Shown here one piece after another: positions 1-8,986 of a DNA stretch of 64,000 bases (its first letter is position 1; each line of letters opens with the position of its first letter). The position numbers were made by a program, and so were the translations under genes. The notes below the pieces were generated by a model. The model was not told the origin of the DNA. It did not search any database and was given only the letters and a program-made list of their open reading frames with translations. The DNA is taken from IMG/VR virus record IMGVR_UViG_3300020603_000002; one strand, 5' to 3'. The stretch comes from an uncultured virus (IMG/VR IMGVR_UViG_3300020603_000002) (lineage: Duplodnaviria > Heunggongvirae > Uroviricota > Caudoviricetes).

Positions 1-100
1 TAGATTGTAATTTATTCATCTTGGTTATCATAGTCAGATATCCAACCATATAGAGTACAAAAATAATTGTACCAATAATAAACATTCCTTTATTCTCCAT
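1..100 (-). CDS. small membrane protein, partial (runs off the window start)
   Basis: Manual translation from ATG at 100: MENKGMFIIGTIIFVLYMVGYLTMITKMNKLQS...; abuts the stop of 101..310. Confidence 0.6.
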   Translation of the reverse strand, partial: MENKGMFIIGTIIFVLYMVGYLTMITKMNKLQS

Positions 101-310
101 TTATTTATTTTTCTTTTTGTTTTTGAAAAAATCATTTCTACGTTGTCTAATGGCTATAGCAAAAGCTAGTATTGAAGGAACCCAAATTCCAACAAATATT
201 CCTTCTAGTTTCTGTCCACTAAACCAGAGTGTTACTGAATAGAGAAAAGAAATAAAGGCAAGTACGACGGGGTAATAAAGTCCCCAAAATTCAATTAGTT
301 TGTTTTTCAT
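101..310 (-). CDS. small membrane protein
   Basis: 69 aa, two hydrophobic segments (GIFVGIWVPSIL), basic tail. Confidence 0.7.
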   Translation of the reverse strand: MKNKLIEFWGLYYPVVLAFISFLYSVTLWFSGQKLEGIFVGIWVPSILAFAIAIRQRRNDFFKNKKKNK

Positions 311-388
311 AGTTTATATTTTATTTTGTTTATTCTCTAATATAAATAATATTTTTTTTATATTCAAATTTAATTTAGTATTATGTTT

Positions 389-619
389 TTATAAGTAATG
401 ATTATTTTTGACTTCACACTTTTTGTGGTGTCGATAATCTTTAATACCTATAATTAATGATAATAAACCAACTAAAGCCCATAGAATTGAAAACCAAATA
501 GAATGTGTTTCATGTGTCTCACTAATTAATAAAACACTTTGTATAAATTGAATTATATGGAACATTCCATGTGTAAAATTTAATAATCCTAATCCTATTG
601 CTATTTTAAATGATTTCAT
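389..619 (-). CDS. hypothetical membrane protein
   Basis: 76 aa ORF with two hydrophobic stretches. Confidence 0.6.
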   Translation of the reverse strand: MKSFKIAIGLGLLNFTHGMFHIIQFIQSVLLISETHETHSIWFSILWALVGLLSLIIGIKDYRHHKKCEVKNNHYL

Positions 620-644
620 AGTTGTTTAATTTAATAAAGGTCCT

Positions 645-878
645 TTAAGAGTTAAGTGTGATTGATAGTTTATATTTTAATGTTCTATCACTCATATTCA
701 TAACACCAAACACAACAGAATTATCTTCTAGGTTAATCATAGTAGGTGTTATCATATAGCCCTCAATATTATCTAATGTTTGTTTTACCTGATTAACTAA
801 ATCAACAGGTATTTTAGTCTCAATTTCTGATTTTTCAAATGTTTCTGGATTGTAATAATCCGCTTTGTAATTTTTCAT
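645..878 (-). CDS. hypothetical protein
   Basis: 77 aa ORF in a tightly packed run. Confidence 0.65.
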   Translation of the reverse strand: MKNYKADYYNPETFEKSEIETKIPVDLVNQVKQTLDNIEGYMITPTMINLEDNSVVFGVMNMSDRTLKYKLSITLNS

Positions 879-881
879 AAT

Positions 882-1184
882 TCATTTTTTTGTATATTTT
901 TTTATTAAATTGAAAATTTCTTTAATATCTGTAAAGTCGGATGGTGGTGAGTCATTTCTTCCTGGAAGAAACATCACAGTAAATCCGTGATTTGCTTGGA
1001 AAGTTTCTTTAACTCTTATACCATTGATTTCACTAATATAAACCCAAGGAAAGTTCCCTGATAGTTTTACATCTATTCCTATTTTTTTAAGTCGTTCAAT
1101 AAACACTCCGAGTTTATCTGTACTTATTTTTGTGCTGTTTCTTGTTTCCATTGTATATGTTCCAAATTTAGTTTTTACTTTCAT
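882..1184 (-). CDS. hypothetical protein (start revised from 1217 to ATG 1184)
   Basis: TATCTTTG promoter motif at 1189-1196 lies 4 nt before the in-frame ATG at 1184; the longer start overlaps the upstream gene. Confidence 0.65.
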   Translation of the reverse strand: MKVKTKFGTYTMETRNSTKISTDKLGVFIERLKKIGIDVKLSGNFPWVYISEINGIRVKETFQANHGFTVMFLPGRNDSPPSDFTDIKEIFNLIKKYTKK

Positions 1185-1200
1185 TTTACAAAGATAATAA

Positions 1201-1500
1201 TTATTTTTGATTTTCAATAACCCATCTAACCACTTCTTCCCTTGTTAAACCCATTAACTTACCATTTTTGTTATTGAAATCCTCATAAAACTTTTCCCCT
1301 AAATATGATGGGATTTCGTGATGTTTCAAAACATAATCTCCGTGTTCTATTTCAAAAAAATAAGCTCTAACATAATCTTTTTGCGGTGGTGGTAACGTTT
1401 CAATGTCTCTTCCTGTCCTTAAAAAATGTTTTAACCTTAAAAGATGTGCTTTACCCTTCAAGATATTAAACAATACCCATTTTTTAATTTCTTTAATCAT
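1201..1500 (-). CDS. hypothetical protein
   Basis: ORF 1201..1521; likely start MIKEIKK coupled to the upstream stop. Confidence 0.6.
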   Translation of the reverse strand: MIKEIKKWVLFNILKGKAHLLRLKHFLRTGRDIETLPPPQKDYVRAYFFEIEHGDYVLKHHEIPSYLGEKFYEDFNNKNGKLMGLTREEVVRWVIENQK

Positions 1501-1678
1501 TTTTACTTCCATAACATTCAAGTTTTTTATCCGTTACATTCCACAAATCTTTTTTTCCTTCTGTCATATGACAGTTGTGTTTCTTTCCAGTTCTTTTTCC
1601 GAACTCCACAATCATATCATTATGACGATTACGAATAAGATGGGGGCACTCCTTACAGGGTTTTTTCATTATTGACAA
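1493..1678 (-). CDS. small Cys/His-rich, probably metal-binding protein
   Basis: CKECP...HNCH...C motif. Confidence 0.6.
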   Translation of the reverse strand: MSIMKKPCKECPHLIRNRHNDMIVEFGKRTGKKHNCHMTEGKKDLWNVTDKKLECYGSKND

Positions 1679-1914
1679 TGTATTTTATAAATTAAATAAC
1701 CCTCAATGTCTCTTAAAATTTGACTTATACCATTTTTAGCAGAGTCCAAATATAAAAACCCACCACCATTTTTAATTGAGACAATTTTACCATTAGATAA
1801 ATGAATCCTTTTTTTGGTTTTTTTAACCACGACCACATCGTTGTATCCTTCACCCACATTTAAGGATAATAAAAACCTCTCAGCAAATTCAAAATCATTC
1901 ATTTTCATTTTCAT
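1669..1914 (-). CDS. hypothetical protein
   Basis: 81 aa ORF overlapping its neighbours' start and stop. Confidence 0.6.
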   Translation of the reverse strand: MKMKMNDFEFAERFLLSLNVGEGYNDVVVVKKTKKRIHLSNGKIVSIKNGGGFLYLDSAKNGISQILRDIEGYLIYKIHCQ

Positions 1915-2144
1915 ATTTTATCAAAGATTGAATCAATATAGTTTTTTACATCTCTTAACAATTCTGATTCGTATTTAACACCATCAAGCTCAACCCAATA
2001 AGAATGCCATTTGGTAAATCTACTATCGTCTTTTTGAATTGTGCGTGGATCTCTATGTCTAAAAGAGTCTTTAACTTTTGATCCTTCAAACTTCCATATT
2101 GTTACTCCACGATATTCTCTTTTGGTTTGTTTAGTTGTCCACAT
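1911..2144 (-). CDS. hypothetical protein
   Basis: 77 aa ORF; TATCTTTG 4 nt upstream of ATG. Confidence 0.7.
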   Translation of the reverse strand: MWTTKQTKREYRGVTIWKFEGSKVKDSFRHRDPRTIQKDDSRFTKWHSYWVELDGVKYESELLRDVKNYIDSIFDKI

Positions 2145-2148
2145 GGAA

Positions 2149-2156
2149 CAAAGATA
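2149..2156 (-). promoter_or_regulatory. Bacteroidota-type -7 promoter element TAnnTTTG (representative; also 1189-1196, 4916-4923, 7129-7136, 11509-11516, 17302-17309, 19808-19815, 34613-34620)
   Basis: TATCTTTG/TATATTTG/TAAATTTG recurs upstream of minus-strand genes and matches the Bacteroidota housekeeping-sigma consensus. Confidence 0.75.
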
Positions 2157-2167
2157 AGAATAATATT

Positions 2168-2374
2168 TTAATTAAATAAGTTTGTGTCAGAAAAAAAATA
2201 AATCATAAATAAAACATAATCCTTAACAAAATAATAGATTAATACAAATGAAATTAATAAAATACAAATGGTAAGATTTCTATTTTCAACCCACATAAAA
2301 TCAAGTGTTTCATAAAGGTCAATAAAAAAAAATCCCAACATGAAAAATACTAATAAAAAAAATAGTAATATCAT
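2168..2374 (-). CDS. hypothetical membrane protein
   Basis: 68 aa, very hydrophobic; low complexity makes it uncertain. Confidence 0.4.
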   Translation of the reverse strand: MILLFFLLVFFMLGFFFIDLYETLDFMWVENRNLTICILLISFVLIYYFVKDYVLFMIYFFSDTNLFN

Positions 2375-2599
2375 CCAATTAGTTTTTTAGGGGTTCAGTT
2401 CAATTATTATGTGTTATTATTTATACATAATAAATACTTTATGTAAGGTGTATATCTAACACATCAAACAAATTGATACCTTGTGTTATTTTAATTTCTT
2501 TTGAGTAAACCACAGACCCCCTTGAAATCTTTGAGAATTTAGTTGAAGTGTATATTGAGAATTATGAATTTAGCAAAACAAATGTTTGTACTATTATTT

Positions 2600-3841
2600 T
2601 TAATATTTATATGTTGTGGATATTTTCCTCTTACCATATTTTTTTTCCATAATTTTTTGATAGAGATCCCAATTCAAAATTGATTCATTAACTTGACTCT
2701 CATCATCTTTTGCCATTGCGTATAGTTTTCCAATCTTTTTTAACATTTTAGTTGAAACATAGTTAAATTTTTCAATTTCCACTTCGAAAAATTTTTTAGG
2801 ATTGTCCTGATACTTGGTTACATATTTTAAAAATTTTTGTCTAATCTCATTTGTTTTTTGTAATTCTTTTATTCTTTCTTTAACATCAGAAGTTAAAATA
2901 CCAAGTGATTCCGCAAATTCTAAAAATATGTCACTTTCGTGCTCTGTCATATTTATGAATAGTTCCATTTTATTGTTAACCAAATCAATGTAAGCCACTT
3001 CTAAAACTTTATTAATTTTTTCATCAATATTCATTTCGGAAGGTTCCTCACCTATGTGCTCTAAAAGTGCATTAAGTCTATCTTCACTTCCTTTTAATTG
3101 GTTAATAAAATCATCATATGTAAAGTTTTTTATTTCTAATAATTCTTTATAAACTCTGTTATTTTCCAAAAACTCTCTAAATTGAGACTTTGTGATATTT
3201 TTTCTTTTCATGGAATAAGCAACCTCTGTTGGTCTAACAAGGTTTTCGATTCCCGAGATATAATACATATATCTAAAAAAAACTGTATCTAAAACTGGTA
3301 TTCCGAAAGTTCCTCGTTTTTGAATAGCTTGATATTCTGCGTCAGGACCAATCAAACCATATAATTTGGATTGTTTATCATACTTGTGTTTAATTTCGTG
3401 AGCTAAACTAGAGACATGTTCATCCCTCTCTTCTTCCATTTTTTTTATAAGTTCTTTGGGTCTCCAATTGTCTCCTACCGCAAATGTAATTATTAATTCC
3501 AAAGTACTCGAAGGTTGATTTTGTTTCATAAATTTATCTCTGTCGAACCCAAAAAATCCGCCCATGGTCATTTGAACTATATCTAAAACTCCTTCCTCTC
3601 CATCAATTTTTTCAAGATTTACAGTGAGTTTATATGAATCAATTTTAACTTTTTTCTTGTCTCCTAATTCAAATCGAATATTACCATTAAAAGTATACTC
3701 ATCTTGTTTTGTATCGATGGATTTAATATCTCTTTCAACAACATCATATAACATATCAGCGGCGTTTAATATATTATCAGGGACCCCTAAGGCCTCAGTA
3801 ATTAACTTGAGTTGATTATTAGTGATTATGATTTTTTTCAT
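2600..3841 (-). CDS. putative zinc metallopeptidase-like protein with shared N-terminal leader
   Basis: HExxH (AHEIKH); N-terminus MKKIIITNNQLKLITE; TATTTAT motif just upstream. Confidence 0.6.
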   Translation of the reverse strand: MKKIIITNNQLKLITEALGVPDNILNAADMLYDVVERDIKSIDTKQDEYTFNGNIRFELGDKKKVKIDSYKLTVNLEKIDGEEGVLDIVQMTMGGFFGFDRDKFMKQNQPSSTLELIITFAVGDNWRPKELIKKMEEERDEHVSSLAHEIKHKYDKQSKLYGLIGPDAEYQAIQKRGTFGIPVLDTVFFRYMYYISGIENLVRPTEVAYSMKRKNITKSQFREFLENNRVYKELLEIKNFTYDDFINQLKGSEDRLNALLEHIGEEPSEMNIDEKINKVLEVAYIDLVNNKMELFINMTEHESDIFLEFAESLGILTSDVKERIKELQKTNEIRQKFLKYVTKYQDNPKKFFEVEIEKFNYVSTKMLKKIGKLYAMAKDDESQVNESILNWDLYQKIMEKKYGKRKISTTYKY

Positions 3842-3868
3842 ATAAATAAATATATTGGAGTTGTCGTT

Positions 3869-4525
3869 TTACCCAACAACTCCAACTAGGTCATCTAAGT
3901 TGTAATCATTTGAAATGTCCGATCCTATACTTCGTTTGTCCATCATGTGTACAATTTCAGAAACACTATAGGGATGCATAGAATTTCCATCCATACCAAC
4001 ATCCAACTTTTTACCGTTACCCCATTTGTTTTTTGCATTTAAGTGAACATGACCGTGAAGGTGGATAACACCTTTTTTTAGTCCGTACCAACTAGCTAAT
4101 GGATAGTGACATAAAACAAAGTTTACATCATGTATTTTTACCTCCAAATAATGATTAACACTTAAGAATTTAGTTTGGATTTCAAACCTATTGTTTTTAA
4201 TATGTTGATCATGATTACCTAAAACTAAGTGTACGTTTTTACAAATCAAACGATCTAAAAACTCTCCAATCCTATCAAATCCACCAAATGAAACATTACC
4301 CAAGTGAATTAGAGTATCATTTTGACCAACCTTGGAGTTTATATTATTTACAATCTCATCGTTCATTTCAGACACGCTTTGGAAGTTTCTTGTGAATCCT
4401 GCAGATATTTGACCATCTTGGGTTCTAAAATTTGTAATACCTCGACATATGTTTTTGTGATCGTAGTGAGTGTCGGATGTTATCCACACTCTACCAGTTG
4501 TTAATATTTTATCAAATTTCATCAT
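3869..4525 (-). CDS. calcineurin-like metallophosphoesterase
   Basis: SDTH, LGN (variant of LGD), GNHD, CHYP, HGHVH motifs. Confidence 0.85.
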   Translation of the reverse strand: MMKFDKILTTGRVWITSDTHYDHKNICRGITNFRTQDGQISAGFTRNFQSVSEMNDEIVNNINSKVGQNDTLIHLGNVSFGGFDRIGEFLDRLICKNVHLVLGNHDQHIKNNRFEIQTKFLSVNHYLEVKIHDVNFVLCHYPLASWYGLKKGVIHLHGHVHLNAKNKWGNGKKLDVGMDGNSMHPYSVSEIVHMMDKRSIGSDISNDYNLDDLVGVVG

Positions 4526-4911
4526 AACTTAAATTCAAAACGATTTTTCATTTGTTCTAACTTATCTTCAGGAACTCCGTGTTGATTAACTCCACCGTGT
4601 CTATTTTCAACCACAATACTAAAGACCACATATCCATGTTCTTTTGCAAGTTTAAAGTACGGTTCCATTTCCCACTCTTGTGTGAAGGTATTGGATACCG
4701 CAATTTTTTTAATACCTGATGTCATGGCATGTCCAACAAACTCCTGACATTCTTTATGGGCCTCTTTTATTTCTGAAGGAACAAAATTATAGTTTCCATC
4801 ATTATCATAAAAATAGTGATCAGCTTCAAATACATTTGCCGTTAATTGTTGTGCTAATGTCGTTTTTCCTGATCCTGGTACACCCCTGACAATGTATAAT
4901 ACTTTTTCCAT
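4522..4911 (-). CDS. P-loop kinase (AAA_33 / polynucleotide kinase-like)
   Basis: Walker A GVPGSGKT; EAD, VSNTF and HGVP motifs. Confidence 0.85.
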   Translation of the reverse strand: MEKVLYIVRGVPGSGKTTLAQQLTANVFEADHYFYDNDGNYNFVPSEIKEAHKECQEFVGHAMTSGIKKIAVSNTFTQEWEMEPYFKLAKEHGYVVFSIVVENRHGGVNQHGVPEDKLEQMKNRFEFKL

Positions 4912-4940
4912 GACACAAATTTAAGAAAAAAAAATGCATA

Positions 4941-4963
4941 AAAAAAGGGAACTATGTCCCTTT
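4941..4963 (-). terminator. intrinsic terminator
   Basis: AAAGGGA-CATAGT-TCCCTTT hairpin followed by a T-run on the minus strand. Confidence 0.65.
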
Positions 4964-5028
4964 AGTTGAATTAATAACTGAAATTTTTTAAGATACGGTA
5001 TTTTATCTAAACATGAATCTTGAAAGAG

Positions 5029-5262
5029 TTAATCGTATGTCTCAATACTAACCGGTATTTGAAGGTATTTTTCGATTGCGTTTTTGGTACTTGGTCCACA
5101 GATACCGTCTTCACTTATACCAGCAGAAAAACATTTATTTAAAGCTCTTTGAATGGTAATTACTTCATTATACGTATTGCTTGCTTCAGTAAGTAAGGCG
5201 GATTCAACAATATTTTCTTTTAATTTGTTGTATTGTCTTTGGGTTATTTGAATTTTACTCAT
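5029..5262 (-). CDS. small peptidoglycan-binding-domain protein with shared N-terminal leader
   Basis: IQRALN...EDGICGPSTKNAI matches the PG_binding_1 pattern (Q..L....DG..G..T..A). Confidence 0.7.
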   Translation of the reverse strand: MSKIQITQRQYNKLKENIVESALLTEASNTYNEVITIQRALNKCFSAGISEDGICGPSTKNAIEKYLQIPVSIETYD

Positions 5263-5275
5263 AATTATTTTTTTT

Positions 5276-6277
5276 TTATTTACTCCAATTTGAGAAGTTA
5301 TCAGTAGTCACCGTAGTGTCTACTTTCTTTTCTGTAGTGGCTTTCCAATCATCGGTGAAATTATCTTCACCTTCTTCACCACCTGATCCAGAAGAACATT
5401 TTTTCTTTTTAAGTGCATTTAAAGCGTCTTGGTAGTTGAAAGAATATCTTTGACCTCTTCGTGGTCGTGGATCTGGGTCTGGTACCACATTATTACATTT
5501 CCACCCACTATTTTTATAATCTTCCCAATTAGCGTGACCACATCTTTTAGCCTTTTCTTCTTTTTCATTTTTTGATTTGTCTTTTGGACATCTCCATCCA
5601 GAGTTCCTATATCCGTCTACATCATTACCCCAACCACATGCTTTAGCATTTTCTTTGAGTTTTTCATCAGGTATTTTTTTAGTTTTCTTTGCCAACTCAC
5701 TTATAGGAATCCAAACATAATCCCTCCAATCATTATCCAAATCAATGTCTCCATCAAAGTTTTCAAATAAAGTTTCATTAAATCTTTGTTGATAAATTTC
5801 GCTTATTTTACATAAATCGGGAATTGTTTTTAACATTCTTAAATTGTTCTGTATCAATCTTTCATCTGTACCAAAACCTGAAGTAGCAGCATGAAAATTA
5901 TCTGCAATCCCACGAAGAGTTTCAATACTGTTCACAGGTTTTCCCATGTTTTGTCTATTGTTTCTACAAAATACAAAAGCCTTTCTAACTCTATCGGCAT
6001 ATCCACCCCCTGTAGTTAACCAACCCGCAAGTGCTCCAACACCAGCTCCAATAACAGCACCCACAGCCGCACCTGCAGGTCCTGCTGCTGCAAGCCCTAT
6101 AAGAGCGCCTGTTCCTGCACCTGAACCAGAAGCTGCCATGATTCTACCTGTAGATTGTCCGGGATCTTTATAAGTTTCACCTTCGTTAATTAGATTTCTT
6201 TCTTTTTGTATTCTTTTCTTATGTAATGATAAAATCCTATTTGATTCTTCTTCTGTTAAAACAATTTTATTTTTCAT
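5276..6277 (-). CDS. glycine-zipper + annexin-like repeat + Cys/Trp repeat protein
   Basis: GxxxG-rich hydrophobic segment; GFGTDE annexin-type motif; two CG...Y.NSGW.C repeats. Confidence 0.65.
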   Translation of the reverse strand: MKNKIVLTEEESNRILSLHKKRIQKERNLINEGETYKDPGQSTGRIMAASGSGAGTGALIGLAAAGPAGAAVGAVIGAGVGALAGWLTTGGGYADRVRKAFVFCRNNRQNMGKPVNSIETLRGIADNFHAATSGFGTDERLIQNNLRMLKTIPDLCKISEIYQQRFNETLFENFDGDIDLDNDWRDYVWIPISELAKKTKKIPDEKLKENAKACGWGNDVDGYRNSGWRCPKDKSKNEKEEKAKRCGHANWEDYKNSGWKCNNVVPDPDPRPRRGQRYSFNYQDALNALKKKKCSSGSGGEEGEDNFTDDWKATTEKKVDTTVTTDNFSNWSK

Positions 6278-6312
6278 ATTTTAATTTTTTTTATATAAAT
6301 ATATGAAAAAAG

Positions 6313-6341
6313 AAAAAAGGTGAGAATTCTCACCTTTTTTT
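6313..6341 (-). terminator. intrinsic terminator (palindromic, possibly bidirectional)
   Basis: AAAAAAGGTGAGAATTCTCACCTTTTTT perfect inverted repeat. Confidence 0.75.
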
Positions 6342-6402
6342 GGGTCGACACTAAATTTAGTCATCTAATCCACCATCTTATTTTTTTAAAAAACAAGAAA
6401 AA

Positions 6403-6840
6403 CTACTGTTTGTAAATCCAAAGTCTAATAGAAAAACTGTTGTTGTAATAATTTTTGAATTCAATATTTTCAATTATGCCTTGAGTAATATTATAATCAT
6501 AAATTGTTCCAGAGAGATGTCCCCAAGTTGTGTTATTTAACACCAAAGTATATCCAAATGAGTTTCTATAAATATGATATGTCGATTCGACATTATTAAA
6601 TTTATATTTATTATACGAAATAAACTTAAGAGTGTCATTTCTGAGTTCTTCATTGTAGTTTGTATTTAATATTTTTTTAATAACCCAAACTGTATTTTTT
6701 AAACTTATTGTCGTATCGGTGTAGGTTGAATCGGTTATATAATCGATGGGATTGTTGGGTTTTTGGGGTTTGAATTCTTGTTTTGCACATGAAAACAATA
6801 CCACAACCATAAATAAAACTAAAAAAATTAATTTTTTCAT
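6403..6840 (-). CDS. putative lipoprotein
   Basis: MKK + hydrophobic segment + lipobox LFSC. Confidence 0.7.
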   Translation of the reverse strand: MKKLIFLVLFMVVVLFSCAKQEFKPQKPNNPIDYITDSTYTDTTISLKNTVWVIKKILNTNYNEELRNDTLKFISYNKYKFNNVESTYHIYRNSFGYTLVLNNTTWGHLSGTIYDYNITQGIIENIEFKNYYNNSFSIRLWIYKQ

Positions 6841-7112
6841 ACTAATGTTTCAATTTTGTTTCTTACTTGTTCTACTAAATTTAACTCAACTACACTTGTT
6901 AATACAACAGATTCTTTTAGAATTTTATGAGGAATGTGAACTAAAAAAGTATCACCATTAAAGTAGGATAAGTTTTCACCTAAATTTAAAGCCCCGTCAA
7001 CCATTTTCAGAAAAATTTTAAACTGAACAGAATCTACAAATGTTTCAGATAGTAAAGTTCCAAACTTTTCGTTTATAATGGTTATTTTGTGATTGAATGT
7101 TGTTTTTATCAT
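6837..7112 (-). CDS. hypothetical protein
   Basis: 91 aa ORF with TATATTTG upstream. Confidence 0.7.
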   Translation of the reverse strand: MIKTTFNHKITIINEKFGTLLSETFVDSVQFKIFLKMVDGALNLGENLSYFNGDTFLVHIPHKILKESVVLTSVVELNLVEQVRNKIETLV

Positions 7113-7160
7113 TTGAGTTTTATTTCTACAAATATAATAAAATATTTTTGAAGAAAAAAA

Positions 7161-7577
7161 TTATTCGAATATTTTGGTCAAAATATCTAGTAATTGTTTG
7201 TTTTCTTTTTGATTTGGTATGTTTTCTTTCTTAAAGTACTTACACTTGGTATGTTCTTGTCCATCAGAAGCTTTATTCAAATTTGGTTCTTTTTTATTTT
7301 TGGTTTCTTGTAAAAAAACAAACATAATACCTTTTTTTATTTTTTCTTCTGAAAAAATATCAATAAATCCAATGAAATCTAAATCGGTGTTCAATTCAAT
7401 ATTTGTTTCTTCATAAAACTCCCTGATGGCGGCATATCCAGGTGATTCACCATTTTCAATACCACCGGAAGGGATTGACCATATGTTTGGTAAAGATTTG
7501 TCGGGAGATCTTTTACAAAGTAAAACTTCATCTCTACATTTTAAAATAACTCCAGCATTTTTTTTAAATTTTTTCAT
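7161..7577 (-). CDS. Nudix hydrolase
   Basis: Nudix box GGIENGESPGYAAIREFYEETNI. Confidence 0.9.
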   Translation of the reverse strand: MKKFKKNAGVILKCRDEVLLCKRSPDKSLPNIWSIPSGGIENGESPGYAAIREFYEETNIELNTDLDFIGFIDIFSEEKIKKGIMFVFLQETKNKKEPNLNKASDGQEHTKCKYFKKENIPNQKENKQLLDILTKIFE

Positions 7578-7579
7578 TG

Positions 7580-7593
7580 ATATTTATAAATAT
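7580..7593. promoter_or_regulatory. palindromic, bidirectional copy of the putative late promoter motif
   Basis: ATATTTATAAATAT perfect palindrome between divergent ATGs at 7577(-) and 7592(+). Confidence 0.6.
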
Positions 7594-7936
7594 GAGAGCT
7601 AAGATAAATGATAATTTTTTCGATCTAAAAACTGTTTTTTTGGACAAAGACATACAAAATGGTATGATGAAAAAAAAATTTGATGGTTCATACAATGGAA
7701 TGTTATTTTTGATGAAAAATTTATCGCACTCGTTTTGGATGAAAAATTGTATTGTTCATTTGGACATTATTCACATTAAAAACAAAAAAATTTTAAAAAT
7801 TCACCACAATTGTAAGCCTTGTTTTACTAATGAATGTGATAATTTCGAAGGTGAGGGCGATATGGTTTTAGAATTACCAGGAAATACTTGTAAAGAATAT
7901 AATATAAAGGAAGGAGATATACTTCAACTAAGTTAA
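7592..7936 (+). CDS. DUF192 family protein (start revised to ATG 7592)
   Basis: GMM...GMLF...FWMKNC..LDII...VLELP....I..GD pattern. Confidence 0.85.
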   Translation: MRAKINDNFFDLKTVFLDKDIQNGMMKKKFDGSYNGMLFLMKNLSHSFWMKNCIVHLDIIHIKNKKILKIHHNCKPCFTNECDNFEGEGDMVLELPGNTCKEYNIKEGDILQLS

Positions 7937-8119
7937 CGAGTTTAATAAATCTAATATTGGATCATCAGAATCTGTGGGTTTACTATCAAAATCAATCGAA
8001 TCAAAATTATCAATATCAGTCTTTGATATTTCACCCTGATCGTCATTTTCGTTTTCGCAAATTTGAACGTTTTCTAAAATTTTTTCAAGTTGTCTGTTTG
8101 TAAATAAATAATTTTTCAT
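7928..8119 (-). CDS. small acidic protein with shared N-terminal leader
   Basis: MKNYLFTNRQLEKILE; TATTTATA 4 nt upstream. Confidence 0.55.
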   Translation of the reverse strand: MKNYLFTNRQLEKILENVQICENENDDQGEISKTDIDNFDSIDFDSKPTDSDDPILDLLNSLT

Positions 8120-8123
8120 ATAT

Positions 8124-8131
8124 TATAAATA
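8124..8131 (-). promoter_or_regulatory. putative phage late promoter TATTTAT(A) (representative; also near 3846, 6294, 12751, 12815+, 13069+, 15374, 19501, 21086, 22545, 28753, 32976, 43203+, 45320, 48572, 50729, 58341)
   Basis: Recurs on the coding strand 3-30 nt upstream of structural and leader-bearing genes. Confidence 0.7.
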
Positions 8132-8134
8132 TCA

Positions 8135-8983
8135 TTAAAATTGAATTTTAATTTTTCGTTTTTCATCAACAAATGTTTGAACTCTTTTTTTTGCAACTTC
8201 ACAATATTTTGGTGAGAGTTCAATTCCTAACCATCTTCGATCTAATATTTCTGCCGCGACTAAAGTAGTTCCCGAACCAACAAAAGGATCCAAAATAACA
8301 TCGTTCTTGTATGACAAGATCTTGATTGCTTTGGTTGGTATGTCCATAGAAAATGTTGCTTTAGTCAAAGACTTGGTATCAGCAAAATAATTCCACTGAC
8401 CAAACACAAGTTCCATAAATTCTTTTTTATCATTCTCACTATAAACCATTTTTTTTCTTTTAGTCCCATCCTGATTTTCAATTTCAGTTAACTCACCAGT
8501 CCACTCAGGTTGTCCTTTTACTTTCTTGATGTGTTTGTTTTTGTATGCTAATATTATACACTCCTTCGGGTTATAAATGTAAGGTCCGCTGGGACTCATC
8601 CACGATCCCCAAGCTGTAGTTTTACTTCTATGTGGTGATTGTTCCTCTAAATCAATAATACCAAAAAAACCATAACCAATCTTTTTCATGATTTGCCAAA
8701 TCTCTGAAACAAAAAATATACGACCACCTTTCTTTTGACGGTTAATCTCGTAAGGAATGTTAAGTGCGATTCTTCCGTCATCTTTTAATACTCTATATGT
8801 TTCTGTTAACCAGTCACGACTGAATATTTTATAGTCTTCAAATTCAACATCATCTTCATAGACATCATAATCAATACCAACACCATATGGACAACTTGTG
8901 ACCACCAAATCAATTGATCCTTCAGGTAAGGTTTTCATTACCTCAACACAATCTCCATTTATAATTTTTCCTGTTTCTATCAT
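8135..8983 (-). CDS. DNA methyltransferase, beta class (N4-C/N6-A)
   Basis: N-terminal TSCPY (SPPY-like motif IV) and C-terminal DPFVGSGT motif I. Confidence 0.9.
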   Translation of the reverse strand: MIETGKIINGDCVEVMKTLPEGSIDLVVTSCPYGVGIDYDVYEDDVEFEDYKIFSRDWLTETYRVLKDDGRIALNIPYEINRQKKGGRIFFVSEIWQIMKKIGYGFFGIIDLEEQSPHRSKTTAWGSWMSPSGPYIYNPKECIILAYKNKHIKKVKGQPEWTGELTEIENQDGTKRKKMVYSENDKKEFMELVFGQWNYFADTKSLTKATFSMDIPTKAIKILSYKNDVILDPFVGSGTTLVAAEILDRRWLGIELSPKYCEVAKKRVQTFVDEKRKIKIQF

Positions 8984-8986
8984 TTT

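Noticed and set aside
2375..2599. Intergenic gap as a possible ncRNA or gene remnant
   Set aside because: Only short, broken frames and no convincing structure or family motif
6345..6380. Hammerhead ribozyme (GATGA followed by a hairpin)
   Set aside because: Lacks the CUGAUGA and GAAA core
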